A DNA stretch of 64,000 nucleotides from Dendrobates tinctorius (lineage: Eukaryota), in assembly GCF_039654945.1 (NCBI RefSeq), contig NW_027361924.1, positions 5,890,001-5,954,000 on the forward strand. The letters run 5' to 3'. The position numbers and the translations under genes were made by a program. Position 1 is the stretch's first letter. The number at the start of each line of letters is the position of its first letter. Shown piece by piece: positions 26,288 to 38,639 of this stretch. The notes under the pieces were generated by a model. That model was given only the letters and a program-made list of their open reading frames with translations. It searched no databases and was not told where the DNA came from.

Positions 26288-28996
26288 TACTCCTATAAAT
26301 CTTTTTGTCTTATGTTACTATGGAAAGTCAGACTTGTCATAAGTACTTTTCTTATAGTGGGTTCAGCTCTCCTATTTATTATGTTGTGATCATATGTCAT
26401 AATTGTTCAAAAAGAAAGAAGCACATTTGTTCCAAATACAGTATATCACCATTGTACAGTTGACGGCTCAGAGGTTGTTTTCACATTTCAGCAGAAATAT
26501 CTATTTGACATTTGTTTAGGTTTAGTATAGCAGGTGTCAGTCCTTGGTGTTTTCATCCCTCATAGGTGTCATAATTAGGTGTGTCAACCTCTCTCAGCTA
26601 TGTGAGCAAGACTGTATCATCAGAGATATCATGCCTTATCATCCATAAAGATCAAAGTTATAGCCTCTGCCTCAGTATGGTATTAGTAGCACTCAATGGG
26701 TGGAGACCTTTACATTTCTAGGATCAGATTGGAGAACATATGGCCATATGTTTGTAGAGAAAGTTTTCGCCTATAGACACACACAACCCTATTAGTGGGC
26801 ACCCCTGCTCCAAGCCCAGCCTCCACCCCTCCATGCTCAGTTCACTTATCCTTGAATGTGTGATTAGACATTGAAGCTTCATCTGAGGAAGGAACATCTA
26901 AACATCATGTGCAACAATCCTGTAGTAAAATGTGTAGTAAAATAAATGGTGTCATTTAAAACTCTAACTTGTCCCGCCATAAACAAGAACTCATATGGCT
27001 TCATCCTATCTGTCATCATGTTAGGTTTAGGTTCCCAACAAAGAGGTACACCTTGTCGCTGGCTGTTGGGCTCACACAAATTGGCCAATTTGTGAGCTAA
27101 GTACCTTCATTTTTAACATGTTTTCTACATCAATTCGTATTTCATATATTCAGTGTTTACATTCTATAGCTTTTCAGAGTGCAGCTTTAGTTTTCAAAGT
27201 TTTAGTACCTGCGAAAAAACTTTAACAAGGAAGTAGTAATGTCAGTATTGCAATGTGTCTTATCTCAATATTCCACAGAAATTGCAGCTACAAAGCCATA
27301 AATACTCAGTAATCAGTAGCAAAGAACATCTGCGTATTCTTTATGAATTAAAAGTGTATGATTAACCCTTTCCCACTTAGAAGTAGATGACTTATGATAG
27401 TTGAATCTTTGCCCATTATCTGTAAACAACCCCCCACTACTCCTTCTCTTTGGATTCGCCATCATTGATCCTTTTTTACCTGGATTATCAGTTTCCATTA
27501 CTTCCCCCAGTCATGTCCTTCTTTTATCCTACTTAATGCTATAGGTAAACTTAAAAAAGATATATAAATCTGTGTTTTATGGCTGCACCGTATAAGGTGG
27601 GATCAGAGGTGTCGTTCTCACCTTCTTCTCTACAGGGAGGTGTTTTGGCAATAAAAAGGGTGATGTTCCCATCACGAGGCTCATATCAGCATTAAGTGGT
27701 GTCTGAGGCCGTCCATCAGTAGGAACGGATGACACCTGAAGGCTCAAGGATCAAAAAATGAAGTTTCCATCATCCATGACATACTCCCGAAAAGCACGGA
27801 AGTTCTATGCCACCGGCCAAGTGAAAGACACCATCCGGATGTTGTAATCTGCTCAAGATGTTATCATCCTATAGAAAGACATTCAGTAAATGTAACCCCT
27901 TTTCCAAGACCCTGCTTCCTTTTATGCCAGTAAAGAGAACCATGTGAACCTACCCAGTGCACTGCACAACTTTACACTACGCGCTCCTGAGCCCGTAGGG
28001 TTTACTCCGCCTGTATAAGTATCATGAACTTAAAAGCGCAGGATGACCAAGGCCTATGCCAGTGTATTTTAATAGAGGTTGTTTTATCAGAAACATGTTG
28101 AACTAGTGGGCAACTCGCTGACATCATAGTCTGAAGGTCCATGGTTGTCCTCAGTTAGTCCTTAAAGAACTGGTGGCTACCACAATCTTTAGGAGCCTTG
28201 TCAGCCATTCCCATATGTCCCTCATATAACCCAAAGCAATGCTCATTGCCATATGGTAGGAGTATTGTCAACTCTCTCAAAACTTCTAGAAAAAGGGAAG
28301 ACCTTCCTGATACATGGAACATATCTCCTTGGCACCCCTGAAACCCCTAGAAACCAGAGCTTCCACAAGGATTGTTGCACATGATGTTTAGATGTTCCTT
28401 CCTCAGATGAAGCTTCAATGTCTAATCACACATTCAAGGATAAGTGAACTGAGCATGGAGGGGTGGAGGCTGGGCTTGGAGCAGGGGTGCCCACTAATAG
28501 GGTTGTGTGTGTCTATAGGCGAAAACTGTCTCTACAAACATATGGCCATATGTTCTCCAATCTGATCCTAGAAATGTAAAGGTCTCCACCCATTGAGTGC
28601 TACTAATACCATACTGAGGCAGAGGCTATAACTTTGATCTTTATGGATGATAAGGCATGATATCTCTGATGATACAGTCTTGCTCACATAGCTGAGAGAG
28701 GTTGACACACGTAATTATGACACCTATGAGGGATGAAAACACCAAGGACTGACACCTGCTATACTAAACCTAAACAAATGTCAAATAGATATTTCTGCTG
28801 AAATGTGAAAACAACCTCTGAGCCGTCAACTGTACAATGGTGATATATTTGGAACAAATGTGCTTCTTTCTTTTTGAACAATTATGACATATGATCACAA
28901 CATAATAAATAGGAGAGCTGAACCCCCTATAAGAAAAGTACTTATGACAAGTCTGACTTTCCATAGTAACATAAGACAAAAAGATTTATAGGAGTA
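26288..28996. repeat. Near-identical inverted duplication: 26288-26921 and 28368-28996, spacer about 1.45 kb
   Basis: Arms are reverse complements except for a few substitutions and a 5-bp indel. Confidence 0.93.
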
Positions 28997-29352
28997 TCCA
29001 CCAGACTTCTGCACAACACAACTGATGGTCCCAACCCCATTTATAAGGCAAGAAATCCCACTTATTAGACCTGACAGGGCACACCTGTGAAGTGAAAACC
29101 ATTTCCGGTGACTACCTCTTTAAGCTCATCAAGAGAATGCCAAGAGTGTGCAAAGCAGTAATCAAAGCAAAAGGTGGCTACTTTGAAGAACCTGGAATAT
29201 AAGACATATATCTTCAGTTGTTTCACACTTTTTTGTTAATTATATAATTCCACATGTGGTAATTCATAGTTTTGATGCCTTCAGAGTGAATCTACAATTT
29301 TCATAGTCATGAAAATAAAGAAAACTCTTTGAATGAGAAGGTCTGTACTGTA
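28997..29352 (+). mobile_element. Right-end fragment of a second Tc1-family element
   Basis: RMPRVCKAVIKAKGGYFEE transposase C-terminus followed by TIR-like sequence ending TGTACTG|TA. Confidence 0.85.
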
Positions 29353-29508
29353 TATATTGTGTATATATATATATATATAATTATTGTATTATAATTTTTT
29401 CTTTATTTTTTTCTCAACTTTTAGCATTCCTTTAACACAAAAATAGCACCACCTGCACTCAATAAAGTACAATTAGTAGCTTTCATTCAGACCCACATAG
29501 AAGACTAA

Positions 29509-29877
29509 AGGTACTGTCACACTTAGCGATGTACCAGCGATCCTGACCAGAGATATGACGCGGTCAGGATCGCTGGTACATCGCTAAGTGGTCGCTAGTG
29601 AGCTGCCACACAGGCAGATCTCACCAGCGACATCGCTGGGGACGGGGATCGCTACTTACCTGTCACACCAGGCGATCCTGCGTCCTCCCGCCCGCGTCCA
29701 CGCGTCGCTCGTAGTCACAGCAGGAAGCGCCGCAGGAAGCTGACGACAAGAAACAGTCCAGAACGTTCTCGCGCGATCAGCGATAACCAGCGGGTAAGTA
29801 TCAGACACAGAGATATTGCTATAACGTCACTAGTTATAGCGATATTGCTAGCGATATCTCTTAGTGTGACAGGCCCT
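29509..29877. mobile_element. Harbinger-type MITE
   Basis: AGGTACTGTCACACT..AGTGTGACAGGCCCT termini, TAA/TTA flanks, internal AGCGA/TCGCT motifs. Confidence 0.8.
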
Positions 29878-30237
29878 TTAGTAAATGGACTTTGGAGACT
29901 TCACACTGAAGAATGACACATTTCATTCCGAGGAAAAGGCAGAGAATATATTGGGTACAAAGTTAAACCTTCACAAATGAATGTATGTCCGTGCGGCTTC
30001 ATCGCTCCACCCTGTGAGTCAGAAGGCATCTTGTTAATCACAGCGGTAGTGAATGGGGGCACTGACAATCCAGGTAAGAAAAGGGTTAAAGAAAGTGAAT
30101 ATAAAGGGGGCGGGGGTGACAGATAATGAATGATGATTGAACAGATTATATGTCATTTAATTCTGAGCAGGAAAAGGTTAACTGATTCATTTCCAGCAGA
30201 ACGTAATGAATTCTACCCAATATGGAGCTTTACTTAA

Positions 30238-30484
30238 AGGGGAAGTCCACTCTTACAAAATGTGGCTTTTCGGACTGAGCACTTTAATATTGTAAGGTCT
30301 TATCATTTGGGTCCTGTGAGATCAGGGGGCACAGTTATTACTTAGATGTGTGTCGTCCGGATCTCTCTATAGAGCTGAATGTATGGGAATAACACTATGT
30401 AACCAAACGGCGCAGAGGTGGCCCCTGGGATCCCCTTTATGCTGGTGAATTTGTAAGGCGAGGTCCATGAAGCGTCCTTCCCCT
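30238..30484. mobile_element. Old T2/Kolobok-type MITE, TTAA TSD
   Basis: TTAA|AGGGGAAG..CTTCCCCT|TTAA. Confidence 0.65.
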
Positions 30485-30734
30485 TTAACACTTAATTCTC
30501 CTGATCACTGGGCAGATGCAGGAGCTGCTCTATACAGAATACAGAGGGGCTGTTCGTTACTGCTTGTTGAGTATTTATGGTTTTGTAGTTGTAATTTCTA
30601 TGGAATATTCAGATTAGATCCATCGTAACGATGACATCGCCTCCCGGTAATTTACCATTGCTGGTAGACTCTTGAACTCTGACATTTGCCATTTGTCTTT
30701 CTTGCCCAGGTTTTCTTACTAGTCACATTTGTAA

Positions 30735-31364
30735 ACCCTTATTCGGAATAACACCAAAAAGGTATCCGAAAATTAAGAGATCCAGCAATATTACAAAAAA
30801 TATTGGTTTTATTATTACAATATTTTAATACATGATAAACAGCAATGCCCAGTGGAAGACACAACAAAGCACTGATATCGCCACTCTAATCTATAGCATA
30901 TAAATATACCAATTTATGCAAGATAGAAGTTTTATAACTTATATAAATATAATTATTAGAGAACAATGTCTGTAAAAAACTTTATTCATATGCCACATGT
31001 TCCCCAATGTAAGATGAAAAATATATCACTACCAAGGCAATGCCCATTATAATAAAAAAGCAATCACTATACCCATAGCAATATATAACGAAAAATCACG
31101 GCCATGAAGTTGAAAAGCGCTAGTAAAAATAGCCTGGGTAATTCCAATGTAAGTATTAGACATGGGACAATTGTAAAGTTACCTTAAAGTAGGTGGAACA
31201 TTGGTGGCGCAGTGTGGCGTGTCCTCCCTCACCCCTACGCGCGTTTCGCATGGGCTTCTTCCGGGGGCGTGCCTTTTTGGTGTTATTCCGAATAAGGATT
31301 TGATTTATGTATTTAAGTGCCAGCTCTTGGGTTAGCATTTATAAGGACACCTTCTATTTAATAT
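30735..31364 (-). mobile_element. 630-bp non-coding Penelope pLTR-like insertion with 15-bp TSD
   Basis: TAGTCACATTTGTAA at 30720-30734 and 31365-31379; perfect 26-bp inverted repeat at 30737-30762 and 31272-31297; hammerhead motif; minus-strand AATAAA near 30810. Confidence 0.8.
31231..31268 (-). ncRNA. Minimal type I hammerhead ribozyme motif with variant core (CGGAAGA)
   Basis: GCCCC-CGGAAGA-A-GC(ccau)GC-GAAA-CGCGCG-UA-GGGGU: stem I GCCCC/GGGGU, palindromic stem III ACGCGCGU, GUA cleavage triplet. Confidence 0.72.
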
Positions 31365-31584
31365 TAGTCACATTTGTAATCAGCAAAAGTCTGATTTTTG
31401 GGATCCCCCGACTCTCAGCAGAACTAACAAATATATGAAAATCGAGTACTTCATCTGTTCTCATCGATGGAACACATTTCTAGTGATAGAAATCAATCAC
31501 ATCCGGTATATTCCTGTAAATTATTCTATGATGATTGCTTTTTCCAGTCTTGTTGTTTTTTCACGTTCTGGAATCTAACATCTA

Positions 31585-32408
31585 ACCAAGCTTTTGTGGA
31601 GTGGTGTCAGAGGAACCACCTTAGGATTAATTCTGGGAAGACCAAGGAATTGGTGGTAGACTTTCGCAAGGGAAAAAATCCACCAGTAGTGGTGAACATT
31701 CAGGGAAATGACATTGAGATAGTCGACACCTATAAGTACCTTGGGGTGATCCTCAGTAATAAGCTTGACTGGGCCCATCACTTGGATGCAGTGTACAGGA
31801 AGGGCCACAGTAGGCTTTATCTGCTCAGAAGGCTGAGAGCCTTCGGAGTTAGAGGGGCACTCCTTGCATCCTTCTTCAACTCTGTTGTGGCATCAGTCAT
31901 CTTCTTTGGTGTGGGGTGCTGGGGTAGTGGCATATCAACCAGGGGCAGGAATAGGCTGGACAAACTGATTAGAAGGGCCAGCTCTGTCCTGGGATGCCCC
32001 CTTGATCCAGTTCAGGAAGTAGGCGACAGGAGGATACTGGCCAAGGTGAGCTACATGGTGCAGAATGATTCCCATCCCATGCATGAGACCGTGACAAAGA
32101 TGTGCAGTACTGTCAGTGACCGGCTACTTCATCCTAAATGTGAGAGGGAGCGCTATCGGAAGTCCTTCCTTCCTGCTGCAGTTAGGCTGTATAACCAGCA
32201 CTGTCCAAAACGGAGAACGACCCAAACAGTGAACTGATAGATCCAAAGTTGTGATAGTCTGGTTACATCTTTTTTTTTCCGTATATGTACCTACCTACTG
32301 TCAATGTAATGCCTTTATGCATCTGTATCTGTACTTGTTCCTGCCTTGCTGCTGTAATGCTCTGAATTTCCCCATGGTGGGACGATTAAAGGATTATCTT
32401 ATCTTATC
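31585..32408 (+). mobile_element. Rex1/Babar LINE 3' fragment (RT C-terminus, open frame to 32237)
   Basis: FVEWCQRNHLRIN..KTKELVVDFRK..YKYLGV..RLYLLRRLRAF..SFLPAAVRLYN; tail (TTATC)3. Confidence 0.88.
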
Positions 32409-32409
32409 T

Positions 32410-33110
32410 AAAATAATAAAATTAGGCTTTTATTACATCCATTCGTGTTTTACTTTTTTAATTAGTGTGTTAATTCAGTAATTTATTTATGCATTATATC
32501 TTGCTTTATATGTTCATTAGTTAATTAATTAATTCATTCGTTGTTTCATCTATTTATTCATAAATTTGCACATGCCTTGACTCTCATCAATCCTTACGCT
32601 TCTGATTATTTTATGTATTTCTTTATTATTTCATGTATTTGTTTCCCTTTGATCCCTATTGATTCATACGTTCATTCATTCAATCATCAAGAAATTTCTT
32701 CCCACGTTAATTATTTTATAACTTAATTTATTCAATTTTTAAGTATTTCTTCTTTTGTTCTTTCTCATCTATTCATTTTTTTCTTTCATTCCATCCCAGT
32801 TTATTTTTTTGTAATTCTTTTTAAATCATTCAGTTTTTCATTGATTCTCTTAAATTCACACATTCTCTCGTTCATTCATTTATGGTTTCGTTTATTCACT
32901 CATTCATTTTTTTTATTGTTAATTCACCGTTTAATCCATCAATTAATTCATATTTTTCTATCCGTAGATCTATTTCTTTATTTATTCATTTGTTTGTGCG
33001 ATCATTTTTATCTTTATATATTCATTAATTGTTTCATTCATTCTTATTTATTATTTATGAATCAATAATTTTTTCATCTATTTATTAAATAATTTGTTTA
33101 TACATTCATT
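32410..33110. repeat. Degenerate AT-rich (ATTC/ATTT)n low-complexity tract
   Basis: Recurrent TTCA/TTTA tetramers. Confidence 0.75.
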
Positions 33111-33111
33111 C

Positions 33112-33432
33112 CCACGGCCGCCGCTAAGCTCCGCCCTCGGCCGCGCCTCCTCCGGTCAGCTCCTCCTTTGATCGCATGACGCTGCATGTGATCCACGTAC
33201 CCTATATTTAGCGATGGGTACGCTGGTCGCGCGCTGGCATGATTTTGCCGGCCCAAGCGCCGGCAAAATCATGCCAGCGCATGACCAGCGTACCCAATGC
33301 TAAATATAGGGTACACTGATCGCATGCAGCGTCATGCGATCAGAGGAGGAACTGACCGGAGGGGGCGCAGCCGGGGGTGGAGCTTAGCGGCGGTCGTGTG
33401 CTGCGCCTGAGAACGCTAGTCTGAAAGTAGCC
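33112..33432. mobile_element. Truncated Harbinger MITE related to 9667-10104
   Basis: Palindromic body; right end AACGCTAGTCTGAAAGTAGCC|TAA; left TIR missing. Confidence 0.8.
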
Positions 33433-33603
33433 TAACAAGGATAAATTTTCAAAAAGAGACTTCAAATTTGTTTTTTTTATTCCATAACATCTCATTTCCT
33501 TAAGATCCTCCAATATTTTCTAAGCTTTACCATATATATTTGGAGCAGAACTTGATCAGGGTCAGGACCAGCAGCTCGATGATCTCAGAGTGAACCTACC
33601 ACC

Positions 33604-33681
33604 ATGCGTTACCCATTGATCCCAATACTTCTCCTTGCCATAATATTTCTAAGCTTTGGTTGGTACCAGAACAATTTCCAG
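33604..33681 (+). CDS. nxpe1/2/4-like: NXPE copy 2, coding exon 1 (MRYPLIPILLLAIIFLSFGWYQNNFQ)
   Basis: ACCATG start, CAG|GTGAGA donor. Confidence 0.86.
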
Positions 33682-36600
33682 GTGAGACTTGTCTACCCAC
33701 CTTCAAATTTTTGACTCAATTGTCTTTCTATAGTAACTTCTTCTTAGCCACAAAATCCGATTTTATTCCTTTGTGTGATGCAAATTTTCTGAATTTCAGA
33801 ATTCTTTGAGACATTTTCTTCATACCTGCCTGACACCCAACACCAACCAAAGAAGACAACCTTTGCCGAAAGAGTCGACCCTTCCACCAAAAACTGAGCT
33901 CCAAGTAGAAGTAGACGCCATATTTGACAAAATAGAGAAGTTGATTCCCAATGTGTCATTTACTTTCTTTAACCAGACAACAAATGGAAAGAACAGTAAG
34001 ATTTCCATTTCCAATCCCCGGGAGACGTACTGTGTGGGAGACGACTTTGTTGTCCAGGTCGATATGTTCGATCACTTGGGCAACAGAAAGAGGTATGGCG
34101 GAGACTTCTTAAGACCAAGACTAGTTTCTGCAGCTCTTGGAGCTTCTGTTTCAGGAACCGTGGAGGACTTCAACAATGGGTCCTACCATGTTCACTTTCC
34201 ATTGTACTGGGCCGGTAAAGTCAATGTCAACATCCTGTTGTTCTACCCAAGTGAAGGAGTGGCCGCTCTCTGGAGGTCAAGACATTCCAGTCAAGGAGTT
34301 GTTGGCTTCGAAGGGAAATATGAAAAGTTTGGTGCAGAAGCCGTAACTAAATGTGCCTTTAGGCTCTCTGAGGAAGATGGGAAGGAGATCTGCGAATACA
34401 AGGACCCTCTATACGAGGAGGTCTTCCACTGCTACAAAGTTCCCAATTTTACTTGTGAAAGTCTGAACGAAATGAGAGGTTATGATCTTCAGATCTCATA
34501 TCTTACCCTGGTGGAAAAGCAAATATTTCAGAGGTACAATTTTCATCATGGTTTTAACATTTCGTCATTGCAATTCTTATTTCATAAATTAGTAGTACGT
34601 ATGAAAATAAGCAATTTTCTATTGTATCCTATCCGAGAAATCTGTTTTTTTCTCCTCCTGGATTGATCTTTTACTCTTGACTCAAGGGTAGAAGATGACA
34701 GTTGGTGCTTATAGATCTGCACTGGAGCTGTATACACAAAACGTAATGAAGTGGGTTAGGAAACTTACTTTCAAATCCTCCGTCAATGTACAGTAAGAGG
34801 GTCTCGTTGCACCACTCTAATTTTAGGATAGAGTGCTGAATGAGAGTAGAGTAGAGAGAGGCTATAATGAGCGTCTCTCACTCTAGAGGACCGAGCACAT
34901 CTAAGTAGAGGACAATTATAAAGAGTCTAACTTGCTCTGGAGTACCCATCCGGTCCTGCAATACACAGGCAGGTCATTGATTTTAATGCACACAGTGTAA
35001 TACCTCACTTCACCTTTAGGGGCACTGCAGGGAAACTACACACTTGTCGCCAGGTTCCTCTATAGATCACAGTGATAGTTGCAAGCAAAAAACATGCTGC
35101 CCACATTTATTTCAATATTCTATATTTTTGTAGACTTATTAGAAAAATATCATAATTATTTTTATCATTCCTGTTTTAAAGGTCAAATATTGGTGTACAA
35201 CTCCCACAAATTTCGCCTATCATGGTGACCCAATGCTACAGTAAGTTTTTCGTAGGAGCGAAAAAAATTGATTTAAATTTTTTTTTTAAATCTACCATAT
35301 ATAATTTCTTGGATCTTTTCCAGCCACAGTAAATGACCCAAAGCCAAAGTGTCAGCCAGGAATGATCTCCCCTGTCCCGAGCGGTTACTACTACAATCAG
35401 ATCTGGAATCCACTTTACTGTAACATGACGGTTTACACGACGGCCGACAACTTTACCAAATGTCTGCAGGGGAAGAAACTCTTTCTGATCGGAGACTCCA
35501 CGTTACGTCAGTTCATCATGCACTTCACCGAGGGAATCCAGAGTAAGGATCACACCTGTTTTCTTTTGTATTTTTCTCTTGTATTTATCTATTGACAGCA
35601 ACAGGAGCACTAAGGATCCAGCAGTATGAGGACCTTCAGAACAGCGCCCTCAAGCTCCAGAAAGAGCTTGTAAGTGCTACGCTTCTTGCCTAGAAGACTG
35701 GCCACCACTTATAGACTGCAGAGGTGGCTGATAACTGTGCTGAGGAGCAGTAAATAATAGAATTAAAAATACCCTCTGTTCTTGAAAATGGAGAAAAAAA
35801 TTGCAAAGTTAATTATTTTTTTTCCAGCACTTTGCAATTTAAGCAAAGCCCCTCTAATATTGTTATTTCCATAAATTGCTCTCATTTTCCCTAAGTCACG
35901 TCTGCTCTAGGAATGAGCCACAAAAAGTGTCTAAACCATAGAATAAATAAGTCTAGAACTGCAAAGTTATGAGCCAAAATGCACCAAAATTTGCCTAATT
36001 TTTCACATAGATCTAGGCTTAACAATGTAAATCAAAAATCTCCTCCAAATTAGTTTTCTCATGATGATAGCCCATCTATAAGAGCAATGGGTCCAGGTTT
36101 TGGAATCCCCCAAGGATGTTCCTTTCAGCCACACATTTTCCCTCTGATGTTTCCAAATGCAGAAGAATTGTAGAATAACATGGTGGCTTTAAGATGACTG
36201 ACCAAGCTTGTAGTACATGGATGGACTGGGACCACCAGAGAGGGAGACAGTCTAACTTAGAGGTCCTCTCTTGTTCACTGAGGGGGTTCTGTGGAACAGC
36301 CCTCCTTCTATGATGGCCATTTGTCCTAGTTGGATTTTTAGACAGTGGTCGTCTTCATTTATATCATACTTTTGTATGATCATCTTCCCTTACTGATATG
36401 TTTGTTTCCTTTAGTTGTGAAATATTTCCGATACCATAAAAAAGGATGGGCAGGTTGGTCTCTGACGCTGGAAGCCATGAATATGGAGAAGGATATATAT
36501 GTTTCCTATAAAAGGCATGGCTTCCCACTGGAACACTCTGGCTTCTACTACATCAAGGAGGACCTCTACACCAGTTGTCAAATTGACCAGCGTGGAGGGG

Positions 36601-36959
36601 GGAAAGATACCATTTTTATGATCACGATGGGACAACATTTTAGACAGTTCCCTCTAAAAATTTTCATTCAGCGAGCTGTCAACATCCGCAGAGCTCTGCA
36701 GCGACTGTTCCTCAGGAGTCCTGCCACTAAGGTCATCATAAAAACTGAAAATACAAGAGAGACCTTTGCCCCGCCGGAAAGGCGAGGGGACTTCCATGGC
36801 TACACTCAGTATCTGGTCCTCAAGGAGGTTTTTCAGGGGATCAATGTTGGTTTTGTGGATGCATGGGACATGACGGTGGCATCGGCTACATCGTCTGTGC
36901 ATCCTCCTGGGTATACATTTGCAAATATATTGAGCCTGTCATTCACCTTTGTCTGCTAA
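33604..36959 (+). CDS. nxpe1/2/4-like: NXPE family protein, copy 2 (NXPE1/2/4-like), 544 aa; join(33604..33681,33800..34533,35182..35240,35324..35542,36415..36959)
   Basis: Same exon structure, phases and motifs as copy 1; 1635 nt with no internal stop; candidate AATAAA at 38125-38130. Confidence 0.94.
33800..34533 (+). CDS. nxpe1/2/4-like: NXPE copy 2, coding exon 2
   Basis: TTTCAG acceptor, GAG|GTAC donor; matches ORF 33806-34666. Confidence 0.93.
35182..35240 (+). CDS. nxpe1/2/4-like: NXPE copy 2, coding exon 3
   Basis: TTTTAAAG acceptor, GTAAGT donor; SNIGVQLPQISPIMVTQCY. Confidence 0.88.
35324..35542 (+). CDS. nxpe1/2/4-like: NXPE copy 2, coding exon 4 (GDS motif)
   Basis: TTTTCCAG acceptor, GTAAGG donor. 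Confidence 0.93.
36415..36959 (+). CDS. nxpe1/2/4-like: NXPE copy 2, last coding exon
   Basis: TTTAG acceptor; DFHGY, WDMT..VHPP; TAA ends at 36959. Confidence 0.94.
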
Positions 36960-38639
36960 TGAAGCAAAATAGGAAACAACTATTTTTTTTAGTAAGTTAT
37001 TTGGACCACAAGGGTGTTTTATATCATGGGAAGGGTAATTCTCTTCTGTCAGGAAAAGTCTTGGAACAACATTAAGGTCCCAGTCTACAGAAGGCTTCTT
37101 GGACCAGATTGTCTTTTTTGGATTACTATTATTTTTTGGGGCACGTTATATGGACCAAGAGGGTATTTTAGATTGGGGGAAGGTCCTATCGACCAGGGCA
37201 TTTCTATTCCATCAGATTCAGTCTGTTGGGGCAGCAACTACAGAGGGCTTCTTGGACAAGATTGTCTTTCTTGGTGATTGAAGGACACTTAGGCTAGGGC
37301 AGAACTGTTGGACTAGGGTGTAAATCCTAAATATGGGAAGATTTTTTGGCCAAAATAGATTCTAGGATTGGGGAAGATCATTTGAACCAGGACAGGTCTC
37401 TTACACTAATGAAGGCTTCATAGATATAAATACAATCAGGAGGTTTTTTGGGGCTACCAAAGATTACTTCAAAGATTACTTTGACAGAGGGGTATCTTTT
37501 CAAACAGGCTACTTGGATAACAGTAAGTTTTTTGGATTAGGGAAGACCACATAGACCAGGGAATGTCTCCTAGAGAAGGGAAAGCTTTGTAGACCTAAAT
37601 ATGATCAGAATATGTTTTTTGGAATACCAAAGATTAATTTGATCAAGGAATATCATTTAGATGAGGGAAGGCTTCTTGGTGCACAGAAGGTTTTTTTATG
37701 GATTAGAGAAGACCACGTGGACCAGGGAATGTCTCCTAGACTAGGGACAGCATCTTATCAGAGTAGGATTAACCATAGGATGTCTCCGGACTATGGGATG
37801 TCTCCTAGACTCGGTAAGATGTTTTGGACTAGGGAATGTCTCTTAAGCTAATATTATGGAAATTCTTTTTACAAAAAGATGATAGGATGTTGTGAGCCTG
37901 AGACGATGATTTCTTGAACCATGGATAGAAAGGTGCCTTCAAGATATGTCTCTTGAACCAGTTTTGGAGACCTCCTAGATTACAGTAGAGAACAATTCTA
38001 GCTCAATTAATAGAGGGATGGTAATTTGCATAATGTTATAATTTGTGCACTTATGAAATAATTTATTTGCATAGTATTATGAATTTAGTGTCAGTAAACC
38101 AGTGATTTTAGATATTTCTTATCCAATAAAGTTGAGTGCAAGATGATACATTCTCCAGACTTTCTACTGGTTATCAGATAGATCCCAGTAATTAGTCAAC
38201 GTATTACCAGTGACCCCATATGTTATGCTCCAAATCTTCCTAAATGGCCCCTTAAAGTCTTTCTTATTTTCTTTAATATTATTTTATAGTGCAGCATAGG
38301 GCAGTGGACATAAGGAAAAATACCTTTTACAGATCCATCCGCTGCACTGTTGCACCAGAATTAATGTTTTACTGGTATGAAAATTAGGTCCAGAAGTCCA
38401 TTGTTTAGTCCTCTCAGTGCACTTGCAGTCTATGGCTCCACATCAATTCTCCCTCCTAGTGCCGCCCCTACTTTTTGATTGACAAGAAGAAGAAAGGCGA
38501 CATTGTGCAGCAGAGACTGTATCTCTGTACTCAATCAAAGTGGGCAGTGGTACGGGTGGAGAGAAAAAAAGAGGAGCCATAGACTACAAGTGCATTGTTA
38601 CACAAACCAGGAGGTGAATATCCATTGTTTTTATTTTAA

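Noticed and set aside
27580-28360. Possible coding remnant (L1-like?) in the spacer of the inverted duplication
   Set aside because: No motif I can assign with confidence; it needs a TBLASTX or RepeatMasker search.
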